Below, in pieces: positions 1 through 12,310 of a DNA stretch of 64,000 nucleotides. The notes beneath the pieces are model-generated. The model was not told the origin of the DNA, made no database searches, and saw only the letters and a program-made list of their open reading frames with translations. Within the stretch, counting starts at the first letter, position 1; every line of letters begins with the position of its first letter. The translations under genes were made by a program, and so were the position numbers. Source of the DNA: Camelus dromedarius (Eukaryota); contig NC_087436.1 of NCBI RefSeq assembly GCF_036321535.1, positions 117,864,001 to 117,928,000 of the forward strand, in the 5' to 3' direction.

Positions 1-1619
1 GACTGCATGAGGTAGCAATACCTCTCCCTGTTCTGCAGAGCGGCACCAGAGGCCTGGAGAGGGTGAGTCAACCGGCTCAAAGTCATCCCACCCGGCGGTA
101 GCACCCTGGCGCTCGTGCATTTCTTCATTCACCCATCCATCCAGCCAACGTCTGTCAAGTGTCCCCTTGTAAGCCAGGCCTCAGATGAGGTGCTGGGGGG
201 CATGGGTGAAAAAAAGGAAGAGGCGAGTCAGTATCAGGGATTGGGAGCGGTTGTGGGGGTGGAGGGTACAGATTTCAGTGGGGTACTCGGAAGGGGCCCA
301 TCTGCAAAGGGGAGGATTGATCCAGTGTGGAAGAGGGGAGGCCTGGAGCCGGCTGGCCTGGGGCCCAAACTCTGCAGCCTGCAGGGACTGACGCCCCTCC
401 AGCTCCCTAGCAGGACTTGAGAATCCAGGCTCCAACCAGGGCCCTGGGTCTGGGGCAGGGTTGGGCAGGCTACGTGGCACCAGATAATGATGTCTCTGCG
501 TCGCCCACGCGGGCGGGCGAACCAACTGCGAACACCATCCGGTGGCTCTGTGTTAATTGCTTCGAGCACAAAGGGCCATATAATTTGGATCAAAAGGCCC
601 TTCCTTCTTGGCGAAGTCTTAATTGCGGCCAGTCTCTTGGCCGCCGGGGTGAGCTGAGCCAGGAGCACTCCCTCTGGAGTCGTGCGGTCCGGATTCTGGT
701 CTCTGCTTTGCCACTTGCTGATCTGTGTTGCTTAAACCTCTCCCGGCCTCAGTTTCTTTGCCTTTAAAATGGGAGTGAAATCTGCCCCCTGATTACCTCA
801 TGGCACTGTCAGTAAGGATCAAGTCGGGAAGACAGTGTGAGAATAATTCCTTAAATACGTCCCAAATCCTAAGTTCTAGCTACACCAGACAACTCGTGGT
901 TCTTTGAGCTCATCCTGCAATGTTCATCCATCAATCCATCCATCCATCCAGCATCTCCTGTGTGCCCATTTTGTATGAGGCATGGGTTCTGGGGTTGCAG
1001 AGATCACTAGAACAGAGTCACTGGCCTCTAAGAGCAGACTGTCTGGAGAGGAGATGGGCAAGGAAACAGAAAAAAAGACAAGTAGATAGCCATGGCCCTG
1101 TAGGAGAGGGCAGTTAGGGGTTGGGCTTTGAAACTTAAATAGAAGTCTGGTTCTCAGAGAAGTATGGAAGGACATTCAGTGCAGAGAGGCAAGGCAAGCT
1201 GCAGTGTATTAGGAATGGGGGAAGCACCAGGGGGGAGCCCAGGTGGGCAGTGGTGGGGTGCATGGGTAATGAGGCTGGGAATGCAGAGTCTGGATTAAAG
1301 GGGCCCCTACAGGCTGGCAGGAGAGTCTGGACATGGTTCCTCAGCGACTAGAAGCCATGGAAAGATTTTCAGGAGGGGAGAGATTGAATGAGCCTTATTT
1401 GGGGGAGGGATCCCTAGGGGCAGCGTGGAGGGTGGAATGGCGAAAGGCTGGGAGCAAAACAACCTGTGGGAGGCAGTTGCAATGATTTAGATAAGACATC
1501 ATTCATCCACTCAACAAATACTCATTGGACACCTACCAAAAGCCTGGCACAGGACAGGTGCTGGGGGTACAGAAGACAGTGCTCACATTCTAGGGGGCAA
1601 AGACCCTAAGCATAACACA

Positions 1620-2230
1620 TAAGGAGGTGTGGGCTGCTGACAGGCGCCGTGGAGAAAACTGCACATGGGTTGATGCCCGACCGGTGGGTGTGGTTGGTTG
1701 GCTCCCAGTATCCCGGCTCACCTCCAGCTGTGGCTCCTTCCTCGCCTGCAGGGACTGGAAAGCCAAAAACTTTATTTCCCAGACTTCCTTGCAGCTGGGG
1801 ATGGAGACAAATTAGGTTCCACTGAGTCCACACAGTCAGAGCGGAAGAGAAAGTGAGGCTGGGCCCTCTTTCTACTGCTTTGGGCTACTTTCTGGTTGGC
1901 AGCCAGGGCGCCTTCCTGCAGCAAGCAGCGCTTTAGTGAGTCCGGGCAGGGACAGAGGGCAGGGGCGGTGTCTCTCCTCTGGGTTTCGGTGCGCAGCTCT
2001 GCGCCTGGTGCACCAGGCTTGGGGAACCGAACTGTTAACGCATCGGTCTCCTTGGCTAGAGGGTGAGCCGTGGGTCTGCAGGGACTGTATCCTAGTCACT
2101 TGAGTCCACGTGGACCAGCATGGGATGTCCCATTCCTCTTCCCTGGCAGGGAACGTCAGGAGCCTCGGGGCCGAGGCCGAGGTGACAGGGCAGCTACCCA
2201 GAGCTGTGGACACTGTGGGGAAGCATAGCG
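1620..2230. mobile_element. Old ERVL-type LTR fragment (LTR16/LTR33-like)
   Basis: GGAAAGCCAAAAACTTTATTTCCCAGACTTCCTTGCAGCTGGGG motif typical of these LTRs; boundaries uncertain. Confidence 0.5.
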
Positions 2231-5029
2231 AGGAAGGAATGGCTGGGCCAGCCCTTCGGCGGGGCCACCGCTGCAGCCCTCGGTGCCCTCCCCGCGCTCC
2301 GTGCTCTCCTGTGCGCAGGAGCCCCACGTGTCTGCAGGGCTGGGTTTGGGCTGCGCCGCTTGTACACACGGTGGGTGTCTGCTGATGCCAAGCGCAGAGC
2401 ACACCTCCCTGGGAGCCAGAAGGCCTGGGTTCCGATCCCAGCTCTGCCGGTTCCCAGCTGCGGGGCCTCGTGAGAGTTTCTCCAACTTCTGTGCCTCCGT
2501 TTTCTCATCTCTGAAGGGGGACAGCTACTCTTAGGGTTTGTCACAGGCCCAGTTCCCTGGAAAACAGACTCTGATTCCTGTGCAGACTTTATAGGGGAGA
2601 GAAGGGGAGGGAAGTGGGACCCGGCAGCTCTGCAGATGCATCGTGGGCTCAGGAGGAGGAACAGAGCCGCCCCTCCACGGACTGCAGTTACTTCTCCTCC
2701 CTCCTTAAGCAAGATGGCTCTTTAGCTGAGGGCGAGTCTGGAGAAGGACTCAGGAGAGAGTCTTTGCCACCACCACTCCCCAAAGCTGGGAAATGAGTGT
2801 CCCCTCCTGAAGGACAGGGCCTGGGGCCTTGCCGTCCCCTCCAGGCTGGCCGGGGGAGTTAGCTGTTGCTATGTCTCTGTGCACACGACCAGCAGCGACA
2901 CCTCTACTGGTGTGAAAAGTTATTACATTCGTGGGGGAGCTGAGTTTGGAGCTCCTGATCTGACCGCACATCCTGCAGAGCTGTCAGCCCCAGGCTGCCC
3001 GACATTCCAGGTGAGGGAGATGAGGGAGGCAGTGACCTTGGGCGAAAACAACCTTGTTCCCAGATTCTGGAAAGCGCTTCCACTCCGAGCCAATGGATTG
3101 GTTGGAACGAACTCGGGGCAACGCCAGCGGAGAGCCGGGTGGCTGGGGCCCCCTTGGCTCGTTCCACGTTTCCCAAATAAATAAGCTGCACACCCTCAAT
3201 TCCCCGCTTAAAATAAACCCGATTTCCCCGTGGAACATAAACTACAGCTTAGCATTTCTTGGCAGCCAATGGTTTCCAGAATTTCATGCAGGTTAAAAAT
3301 AAAAACGCAAAAGCTTTGTGATAATCCATTCTGTTCTCCTGGCACTTTCTAGCTTGCCAAGTATTTTCCTAGCCATGTTGCACCACACGTCCCCCTAACC
3401 GTCTTCAGAGGCTGGTTGTTGTATTCCTAGCAATGGAGAAGGAAACTGAGGCACGGAAGGGCAAAGAGGGTGGGACAAGATCGCCGGGGCTCACCCAGGT
3501 CCACGCAGCTGCATGGGGTGCCCTTCCCCACGTTCAGGAGCGAGGCGTCGGGCTTAGAGGCTGAGCCGCCGGTGTGCGATGACCTTAGTAGTGGTAGTCG
3601 TGAGGCTGGGGAAAAAAACGTTCCGTCTCAAGTCAGCAGAGCCCCGCAGCTCACTGACCCAAGTAAGGTTAGAATCGTAGGCATCGTTTGAGCCTAAACC
3701 TAGGGGACATTTTCCAGTCTCTATCTTACCTGATGTTGATAACCATCAGGGTCCAAAAGGAAAGATATGGTATGTTTCAAGCACAGTGATTCAAGGAGAA
3801 TTAATAAGGAGACAGCCCACAGGGCAGGCAATGTGTACACAGGGGTCAGTCAGTGGCTCAACCTTGGTTCCAGCCCCATTTGGGGACCAAGCTCCAAAAA
3901 CCTGGGGGACTGATCCATCTTAGAGGAGACAGAGAAGGGGGTTCTCCTTCCACGGATGGGGGATTGTGTGGCCTGGGGAGCCAGACCAAGGTCCCAGCCG
4001 GGTTCAGGCCAAGAGGTGTGGAACAAATGCAGAGCTTGCCAAAATTCAGGTCTCAGAAATGGTGACTTGATGAAGGCCTCTCCTGGCAGAGGGTGGGATC
4101 TGGGTCTGTGGCTGTCACTGCCAGGCACTCGCTGGGCTGTGGACCACGGTGGCTGGAGGCCCTTGGCCTGGCCACACATCCTGCAGAGCTGTCCACCCAA
4201 GGCTTGCCATCTGCTCTACCATTTGCCAGCTGTGTGTCCGTGGGCCTTTTACTCGACCTCTCCGAAAACTCCAGGTTCTTACTCTACAGCAGTTGACTCT
4301 TAACCTGCAGTGGCCCGTCTAGAGTGAAAGCAAGGTAGTCCCAACATGTGCTCACAAATAAGCTTCAGGGGACATGCTAGGGTGATGCCCTGGGAGAGCT
4401 CAGCCATACCGAGGTACAGCAAAATCATCTAACTCTGGTCTCCTCTTCCAGGAAGTCCTCCCTGACTGACGCCACTCTCCAGCTGGTTAGGTGTCTCCTT
4501 TGGGCTCCCACCTCCCCTCCCCAGGGCCTCTATCACAACGTTTAGCAGTCAGCATCTTCAGGGTCCCTTCATCTGCCTTCCGTCAAGGCTGTGAGTTCCT
4601 TGAGGGCAGGACCTTCGGTTTTTCTCCCTGTAGCCCCAGATCTTGCATGTTTCCTGGCACGTAGGAAGCCCATAGCTTGTTGTGCCAATGACTCGGCCAT
4701 AGTTGTTGAATGAGCAAATGAATGAACGTGACTCTCCAGCCTTACTGGGTGGGGGCTGTGGATGGAACAGCCCATGTTACCCCATCTTATAGGGAGGGAA
4801 ATGGAGGCTAAAAGAGTGGAGGTAACTCTCCAAGGATGCAGAGAGGCTAGTCAGCAGGTAACTTTAGGTGAGAAAGTTCCAAGGACTTCTGGAGGATGAT
4901 AAATCCGGCAGCTGCCTGGTTTCCAACTGACTACGGAGAGCGCTGCCGTGTGACCCTCGAGAATGCCTCCTGGCCTGAGAAAAGCCAGAGGAGGCCCAGG
5001 GGCCTGCAACTGGCCAAGGGAGCAAGAAA

Positions 5030-5400
5030 GGGCCGTTTCTCAGAAAATTATGGTGCCCGAATCCCTGTTCACCTTATTTAATGCTCCAAATTTTCTGAGA
5101 GGCCTAATTGAACATTCCTCCGTGGACCCCTCTAGGTGGAACAATTAACCGGCCTCTTAGCAGCAAGCAGCTCCCAGGGCAGGCCCCAGATTTATGTCTC
5201 GTGGGGAGGCAGCCTATTAGCTGCGGCCATAAATCTCAGGGCCCTGGCTGGCAAGGTGGATTTTAATAAAATCATAGGGGACGGAGCCAGGCTGGGGCGG
5301 CAGATTTCCGGGGGGAGAGCCAACATTTGCCCGTAATTAATCGGGACGCCTTTGAGCTCTGGGGAAATGCCCAGGGTTTTAATGAAAATTCAGGAGCTGG
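5030..5400. promoter_or_regulatory. Candidate long-range enhancer rich in dyads
   Basis: CTAATTG, CAATTAA, AGATTTATG/CCATAAATCT, TTTAATAAA, TAATTAAT, TTCTCAGAA in unique sequence. Confidence 0.6.
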
Positions 5401-6159
5401 AAGCAGTGACCAGTTGGCAACCAAGTTAGTATCCCTGCTGGGAGGCGGGTCAAGGATTGGGGGGCTCCCAGGTCACCCCTGCAAAGGGGTCTTGAAGTTG
5501 GGTGATAGTCAGTGGACACTGGGACAATTATTCTGGGTGTTTAGCTGTGAGAATCCTTTCATACCAGTTAGCAAATTGCTTCTCCAGGCCCCTCAAGGCC
5601 TTCACTTTCCGGGGACTGTGGTCCAAGTATCCTTGGACCTCCTCATAAGCCAGAAACAAGAGGGGAAATGCCCAGCCGGGCAAGGGGCTGTCTGACCCTG
5701 ACATAGAACTCCGCTCCCCTTGGTCAATGCTTAGGGCCTTCATTTGAATTTGGCTGGTGCTTTAGCCAGACCTTCCCACGCTGGAGGGCCCCAGAGGCCC
5801 ATCCCAGAGCCTCTTTTATCTGCCCCCTCCCCTCCTCTCTGCATTCTCCTGTACATCTGAATCTCCAGTCCACACGCCTCTCTTGAGCTCCAGGCTCACA
5901 CACCATCTTCTCCCTTATACGTCTAATACACATCTCCTCTCTAACATGTCCAGAACTAAGCGGTTTCTCCCCATGCCCTCCTCTGTGGCCCCCTCCCTCC
6001 TCATCTTAACAAACAGAACTACCTTCACTCCATGTGCACAGGCCAAAAGCTCAGGAGTGTTCTTGACTCCTCTCTCCATTTCCTCGTCCCTCACTAAGTA
6101 GCCAGACCTTCCTCCAAATCTCATGACACCATCTTCATCAGTTCTGGTCCAAGACCTTC

Positions 6160-6520
6160 GTCTCAGTCAGTGCAAGCTACCACAATAAAATCCAGTAGAC
6201 TGGGGGGCTTCAAACAACAGATAGATATTTCTCATGGTTCTGGGGCCTGGGAAACACCAAATCAAGGTGCTGGTTGATTTGGTTCCTGATGAGAGCCCTT
6301 CCTGGCTTACAGACGGCTACCTTCTCACTGGTGGAAAAAGACAGACGTCTCTGGTGTCCTTCCTCTTCGTGTAAGGACACTAATCCCATCATAAGGGCCC
6401 CACCCTCAAGCCCTCATCCAAACCCAATTACCCCCCCAGAGCCCCACCTCCCAATACTATCACATTGGGGGTTAGGTCTTCAACATACGGGTAGGGGGAA
6501 CATGAACACTTAGCCATAGC
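6160..6520 (-). mobile_element. MLT1A-like MaLR LTR inserted in an L2
   Basis: AGACTGGGGGGCTTCAAACAACAG...TAAGGACACTAATCCCATC...ATCACATTGGGGGTTAGG hallmark segments. Confidence 0.8.
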
Positions 6521-6656
6521 ACCCCCATGGGCTTCTGCCTGGATGACTGAGTCAATGGCCGCTTTGTCTTCTTGCTTCCATTCCCACCTTCCTGTTTCCT
6601 CTACGGAACAGCCCAAGAGGGTTTTTAAAAATGCAAGTAAGATCATGTCAGTCTTC

Positions 6657-7719
6657 TGTCAGGGACAGTAGAGGGTCTGCGGTTTTAAGATACTTGAGAG
6701 CTAATAAGTTAGCCTGTCACAGTTTCGTGGACGTTGGCAGAAGACAAGAGACTCTTTGGTCAGAGACAAGGAAGAGTGTATCACTGACAGCAATGCCCAT
6801 AGCACGGGCTTCATCCTTTCCTTGAACCATTTCCCCAATTCCCCAGTTCCCACAAGGGCGATGTAACAGGGCCAAGAAATGCCTGCACAGGCAGTGGGCA
6901 GCATGACAGGAAAGGAGCCCCAAACTTAGGGACCCCAAATTTTTTCTAATGAGCTAAAAGCAAACCTGCCCAAACTTTGGCCCAGAGGGAGATATTTCTC
7001 TTTGTCACGCTAGTCAGTAAACAAATCCAAGCTCTGCGTGGGAGGCAGACACTCTTTTTACCTTCCCAGGCTATTTATATACAAACATCTTTGAAAAGAC
7101 AATGTGAAACAAAGGCAGTCAGTGCTTCTGATTGTCGGATGTGTAGAAATATGGCAGACCCACAAAGGATGGTCATTGTATCAGTTAGCTATCACTGTGT
7201 AACAATACTGCTACAACCTTAGCAACTTAAAATAACCTAGATTTTTATCTCATAGTTTCTGTGAGTCTGAAGTCTGGAAGAAGCGTAAGTAGGTCCTCTG
7301 CTTGGCTGGGTTTTCATCTGGAGGCTTGACCCGAAACGGGTCTGTTTACAAGCCCACATGGGGTGGTTGGCAGAATTTAATTCTTTATGGCTGTGGGATG
7401 GAGGGCTTCTGTTTCTTGCTGGCTGTCAGCTGGAAGGTCCCTTCAGTTCTTAGAGGCCATCTGCAGTCCCTTGCCTGAATTTGGGCTTCCCTAAATGGGA
7501 GCATGCCTCGTCCATGCCAGCAAGAGGGAATCACTCAGAAAGATGTGTGTTACAGGCTTATAAAACCTAATCATGTACACGGAATCACAAACATCCCATC
7601 AGCTTTGCCATATTCTATTGGTTAGAAGCAGGTGATAGGTTATTCCCACATCCTCCATCCCATAGTGGGAAAGGATCATGGGGACCATCTTAAGAGCCCG
7701 CTGTTATAGTCTTCCAACA
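6657..7719 (-). mobile_element. ERV-type solo LTR (TG...CA) interrupted by an MLT1 LTR at ~7177-7708
   Basis: TGTCAGGGAC start and TTCCAACA end; internal TGTATCAGTTAGCTAT...TATTCTATTGGTTAGAAGC block is MLT1-like, flanked by GTCAT/GTCTT. Family not resolved. Confidence 0.6.
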
Positions 7720-9159
7720 TCCCCTGCTTAAAACCCAATGGCTTTAAGAGTGTGCATTTTATGGTATGCCAGTTATATCTCAGTTAAAAAAACAACAACA
7801 ACCAATGGCTTCTCACTATTCTTAGGTTTAAAGCCAACCTCCCTGTCCTGACTTAGGAAGCACTATGGGCTCTGGCCCCTGCTGTACCTCTGTCCTCGCC
7901 CTCTAAGGCTCTCTTCCTCACTCAACTCTGGCCATTTAGTCTTCAGTTTCCCAGACAAGCTGGCAGCTTTCCTGTCTTTGGGTCTCCTGCTGGTCCCTGA
8001 GTTATAGTCTAAATGTTACTTCTCAGAGAGGTCACTACCAACCTCTCCCCCAGAGACCCTTCTATAAGCCCAAAGCTGCCTGCCTTTGGGAAGCCTCCCA
8101 CATTTTTCTGGAAGCTTCTCCATTCAAGTCCACTTTGCCGGTAGAATATCAGCCTCCTCACCTCTGGCCCTGAGGGCCTGGCACGGTGGTGCTGAGCGTG
8201 TCAATCGCTCTACACACTGTAAATCCTGCAGTGGGAGTTGGACCAAGCAGGTTCTTTAGTGGTATGTCTAGTACAAAGCCACCTTTGACATGTGCCCCTT
8301 GTCTCTTCGCATTACATCCTCTGGGATTCCAGTGGGCACATCCAGGTCCCACACATCACTCTGAGAGCTGGACCTTGTCTACCTCGCCTGTTTCTCATGC
8401 AGCCCCTGTCATGGTTCCCTGCACACAGTAGGTGTTCACAGAGCAGCAGGTGCAGAGTGGTGCCGTGTGAAGGGGGACCAGGTTTACAGCCAGTGCTGCC
8501 ACAGAAGAGCTGTGTGGGATCCACCTCCACAGGCCTCAACTTCCTCATCTGCAAAATGGGGAGCAAACCCCTGAGGAGTGTGGGTGGATTATATGAGGTA
8601 ATGTTATGCCAGGGTTTAGCAGTGAATGGCACATAGTAGGCACTCAGCCGCACGAGTCCTCCCAGAGTCCTATTTGGTATCTGGTCATTAAACACACTAC
8701 CCCTTCTTTCCGTCCACGCCACCCACACTTCCTCAGGTGGATACGGTCATCTCCAAAGGTAGATCTGACCCCCTCACAGGTGGGCCTGACCACCCACACA
8801 GGTGGAGCTGGTCACCCCGCAGGTGGATCCAACCACTCCCTCCCTCGTTTGCTCCCCGCCAACCTGTGCATCCTTTTGTCTGCCTGTCTGTCGGTCTGGT
8901 CCATGTCTGCTTGGTAGCTCTTTCTCTAGGACTTGGCACAGGCCAGGCACACCCGTGGGTCCTGAGTGGCCTTTCAGAGATCTGAAGGACCAAGAGACAA
9001 GCCCCAGGAGTGGGTGCTTCTTTGATACCCACCCCCTTCATCAAATAATCAAAAGTCAGAAGCACTGCTGCCTCCCGGGTCCCCAGTTTGCCCACCTAGC
9101 TCTCCCCACTCCTCAACCCCCACAGAAGCCCCCACCCATCTTAACGAAGAATCGAGCCT

Positions 9160-9700
9160 GTAACCAGCTGCCGGGCTGCCTAAGAGTAAAGCAGCGTAAT
9201 TATATCTTAATAATTGTTTTGCAGCATCGGATTTTAATTACTAAATGTGTGATAACTGCTCCTTAAATGCCCATGCTCTTTAAAAAACCTAATTTATAAT
9301 TTCAAAAGCTGACACTTCTCCGAGCGCTTTATTTTATCTTGTCGGGAGTAATGGAAGAGTAAGTTATGGAAAACCTTTATTTTTCATTAGCCTTAAATTC
9401 AACGACAATTAATGTGCCCAATTTGATTATAAACTGCACAAATTAAACAATAAAGAGCTGTCTAATGAGAAATTAATTATGAGGAAGGGAAGGGGAGCAG
9501 GACTGGATAAAAGCAATAACTTATGGCCCGTGGCAGGATGTGTCAGGTTTTAAAGGAGATGAAGGGCCCTCTCTTCCATGTGTGTCTTTGCTGATAGGAC
9601 CCATCACAGATCAGTTGATCCAGAAACCATAACAGGCTAGTAATTGAAACTGCCAAAATCAATAGTGCTGACAGCCTTAATTAAATTAAATATGGCTGTG
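9160..9700. promoter_or_regulatory. Candidate long-range enhancer / conserved non-coding element
   Basis: Abrupt ~540 nt AT-rich, non-repetitive block with many TAAT/ATTA cores and posterior-Hox-type TTTAT/CAATAAA motifs. Confidence 0.7.
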
Positions 9701-10047
9701 ATGGGCTCCCAGAGCCCAGAGGCGGCTGGCCACTTGACCCTCTGGCGGAGCACGCCTGATCGAGTGGTGTGATGGATCTGACCCCAGGGGACAGTTGGGG
9801 ACTGGGCTCCCGCAGAAAGAGGCTATGGGAGGGATGGGGCCGCCAGCTCGCTCCGCCCCCTGCTGCCTGGCTGGGCCCGGGAGGGGGACCAAGGGCAGGT
9901 GGGGGCGGTGGGAACCAGGCTGCCTGTCTCCTTTCGAGAGTTGGGAGGCCTGTGTCCTGGGGGGGAAGAGAAGCCCCTTGAGTTAGCGGAGGTGGGAGCA
10001 GGAAGGAAAATCAGAAGCACTGGTGAACCTGACTTTGACAAAACGTT

Positions 10048-10141
10048 GGGGTGGGGGTAGGTGCAGCTCAGTGGTGGAGTGCGTGCTTAGCGCGCACAAG
10101 GTCCTGCGCTCCATCTCCGATATCTCCATTAAAAAAAAAAA
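10048..10141 (+). mobile_element. tRNA-derived SINE, Vic-1-like (camelid), short copy
   Basis: G-rich start, A-box-like CAGCTCAGTGG, GTGCTTAGCGCGCACAAGGTCCTG, degenerate B box, CTCCATT then poly(A). Confidence 0.75.
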
Positions 10142-12129
10142 TGCTGCGTTTCCCACCCCTTTCCCAGGAGGCCTTTCATGTGCATCTCACCACACACGGC
10201 CCAGAGAAGAGACTAATCAGACAGGCCTGGGTTCAAATCCCACATCAGCCACTTAGGACTCCAGGGGCCTTGGCCAAGTTACTTTCCCATGCCAAGCCTC
10301 ACTTTCCTCTTCCGTCAAATGGGTGCATGTGCTCAGAGAGCTGTAAGCAACAGATGCATAAAACTGCACAGCACAGGATGCACCCCCCAGCAGGGGGTAA
10401 GCTTGCGTGCCCAAGGTAGCCATCCCATTTTGCAACGAACCAGCAGAAGCCCCAGAAGTAACATTAAGTCATTCAGATCCCACAGACTCAGAGTCACGTC
10501 TGACTTGGACCCGGGGTTCTTCCCTCATCACCGTGGTGCTGCCCCAGAGCTAAATGTGTTTAGTGTTTGCTGAGGGCTTCTTTTCCATACAGAATCCTAC
10601 CCGTAGGGCAAGTACGAGGACTATCAGTTACATTTTACAGAAGAGGAAACTGAGGTTCACAGTGGTTAGGAAGCTCTCCCAACTTCACACAGTCAGCAGG
10701 CGCCAGAGCAAGGACTAGAAGCCTGCCAGCCTGGTGGAACGGTGCCCAAAGGTTGAAGCTCACGTCTTGGTGAGGCCCTGGTCATCACCCAGCATTGCTG
10801 AACTCCTGGGACGCCGGCCTCTCCTTCGGCCCCCAGAGCCCTGACGAAGCGGTTGACTTGCTGAGAAGAAGGAAGAAACCAAAAGCAGCAGGTTTTGTTT
10901 TTGTGCCTGCTCTTTAATTCCTTTTCCCGAAAAACATCGTCAAGTTGATGACAATACAAAAACATCACAGAGAGAGCTAGGACACACATATCGCCTCCTG
11001 TCACTACTGTGGATTTGGCTTGAAGACATTCGGTTCCTTAGATGCCCTGCAGGAAGTCATCACCACCCAGGACAGCAGCAAGAACTGGATTTTTCCTCAA
11101 AAGCCTGGGGTGGATCCCTATTCTACTGCTGTGTGACCTTGGGCATGTGACTAAACCTCTCTGTTTCCCCCTCTCTACATCTGTCCATGGGGACAAGTGT
11201 GGATGCTCCACCTTCCTCTCAGAACTGACCTGTCACCGGAGCAGTCATACCCAGGAAAGGGCTTCGTAAACCAGACAGGCTGGAGCAAATGCTATCTCCT
11301 GTGTTCATTACCATTCATGGGCGCTCTGTTTGCCTTCGCCGAGGGTCGACCTAAGTTAAAAAAATATACATGATCACTTTCTGATAGTGTTCTTTCCTTA
11401 CCAAAGGGGGAAAAAAAAAAGGTCGATGACTAGAAAAAAATTCCTGGCCTCACAAACATTGGTTTTCACTGTAGGAAGCTGGACAAATAAATATCTTCAC
11501 AGTTTGCTCGGCTGCTGGCCGGCTTGGGCTGACTTCTTCCACGACATGAAATAGGCGGCTCGGGTAACCCAGTGTTTATGTCAGCGCTAACAAACTGTCC
11601 CTTCATTACAGGCCTGCCGGAGATCAGAGGCCCAGATTATTGAAGGAGACGCCTCTGAGATGCCCAAGCAGTTGCCGTGACAACCCCGGAGAGGGCGGGA
11701 GGTGGAGAGGAAGGCGGGGACAGGCTCCGGGCTCTCCAGGCCAGAGGGGGCCGATCCCACACTGGGCTGCTGGGCAGAGGGCTCCCCTCAGCTCACCTGC
11801 CCCGCTGCCCCCATCCCAGGAGGCCTTGGCGAAGGTGGAATCTTGGAGAGCAGTGAGGAAGCCGACAGGCCAAGCAGCTCACAGACGACACTTTTCTTCA
11901 GGCTGGTGAAAGAACGGCTCCCAGCCCTGGTGGCTGCTGGTTGTCATTCAGGACCGCGGTTCCCGTGCAGTGCGGAGAGCTCAGGCTTTGCACCACAGCC
12001 ACCTGCATTGACTCCCGGTCCAGCTGTGTGCCCTTGAGCCATCATTCAACCTCTCTGAGTCTTGGGCTGACAACTTCCACCTCACAAGTTTGCTACTGTC
12101 CCAAGCACTTCACAGGGGTCAAGTGTGTG

Positions 12130-12310
12130 GGCTCTGGGGCCACAACATCGGGTTGAGACTCCAGCTCTGCTACTCTGGAACTGTGTGACCTTGAGCAGGT
12201 CACCCATCCTTGTGAGCCTCAGTTTCCTCATCTGAAAAATGGAGATAACACACCCACCTCAAATACAGGGGTCTATGTAAGGCAGTTGATAAATATTTGT
12301 TATTACTCAG
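12130..12310 (+). mobile_element. MIR SINE (representative; many others e.g. ~680-840, 35310-35530, 43040-43135, 46070-46190, 49370-49570)
   Basis: CTGTGTGACCTTGAGCAGGTCAC...GAGCCTCAGTTTCCTCATCTGAAAAATGGAGATAA core. Confidence 0.85.

Larger units (their letters stand above)
5860..8200 (+). mobile_element. Fragmented L2 LINE hosting nested insertions
   Basis: L2-like segments (CAGGCCAAAAGCTCAGGAGTGTTCTTGACTCCTCTCT; TTTTTAAAAATGCAAGTAAGATCATGTCA ... CCCCTGCTTAAAACCCAATGGCTT) are collinear once insertions are removed. Confidence 0.65.

Noticed and set aside
10048..10141. tRNA gene-like sequence (also 58199-58341)
   Set aside because: No intact cloverleaf; A-rich tails identify them as SINEs.
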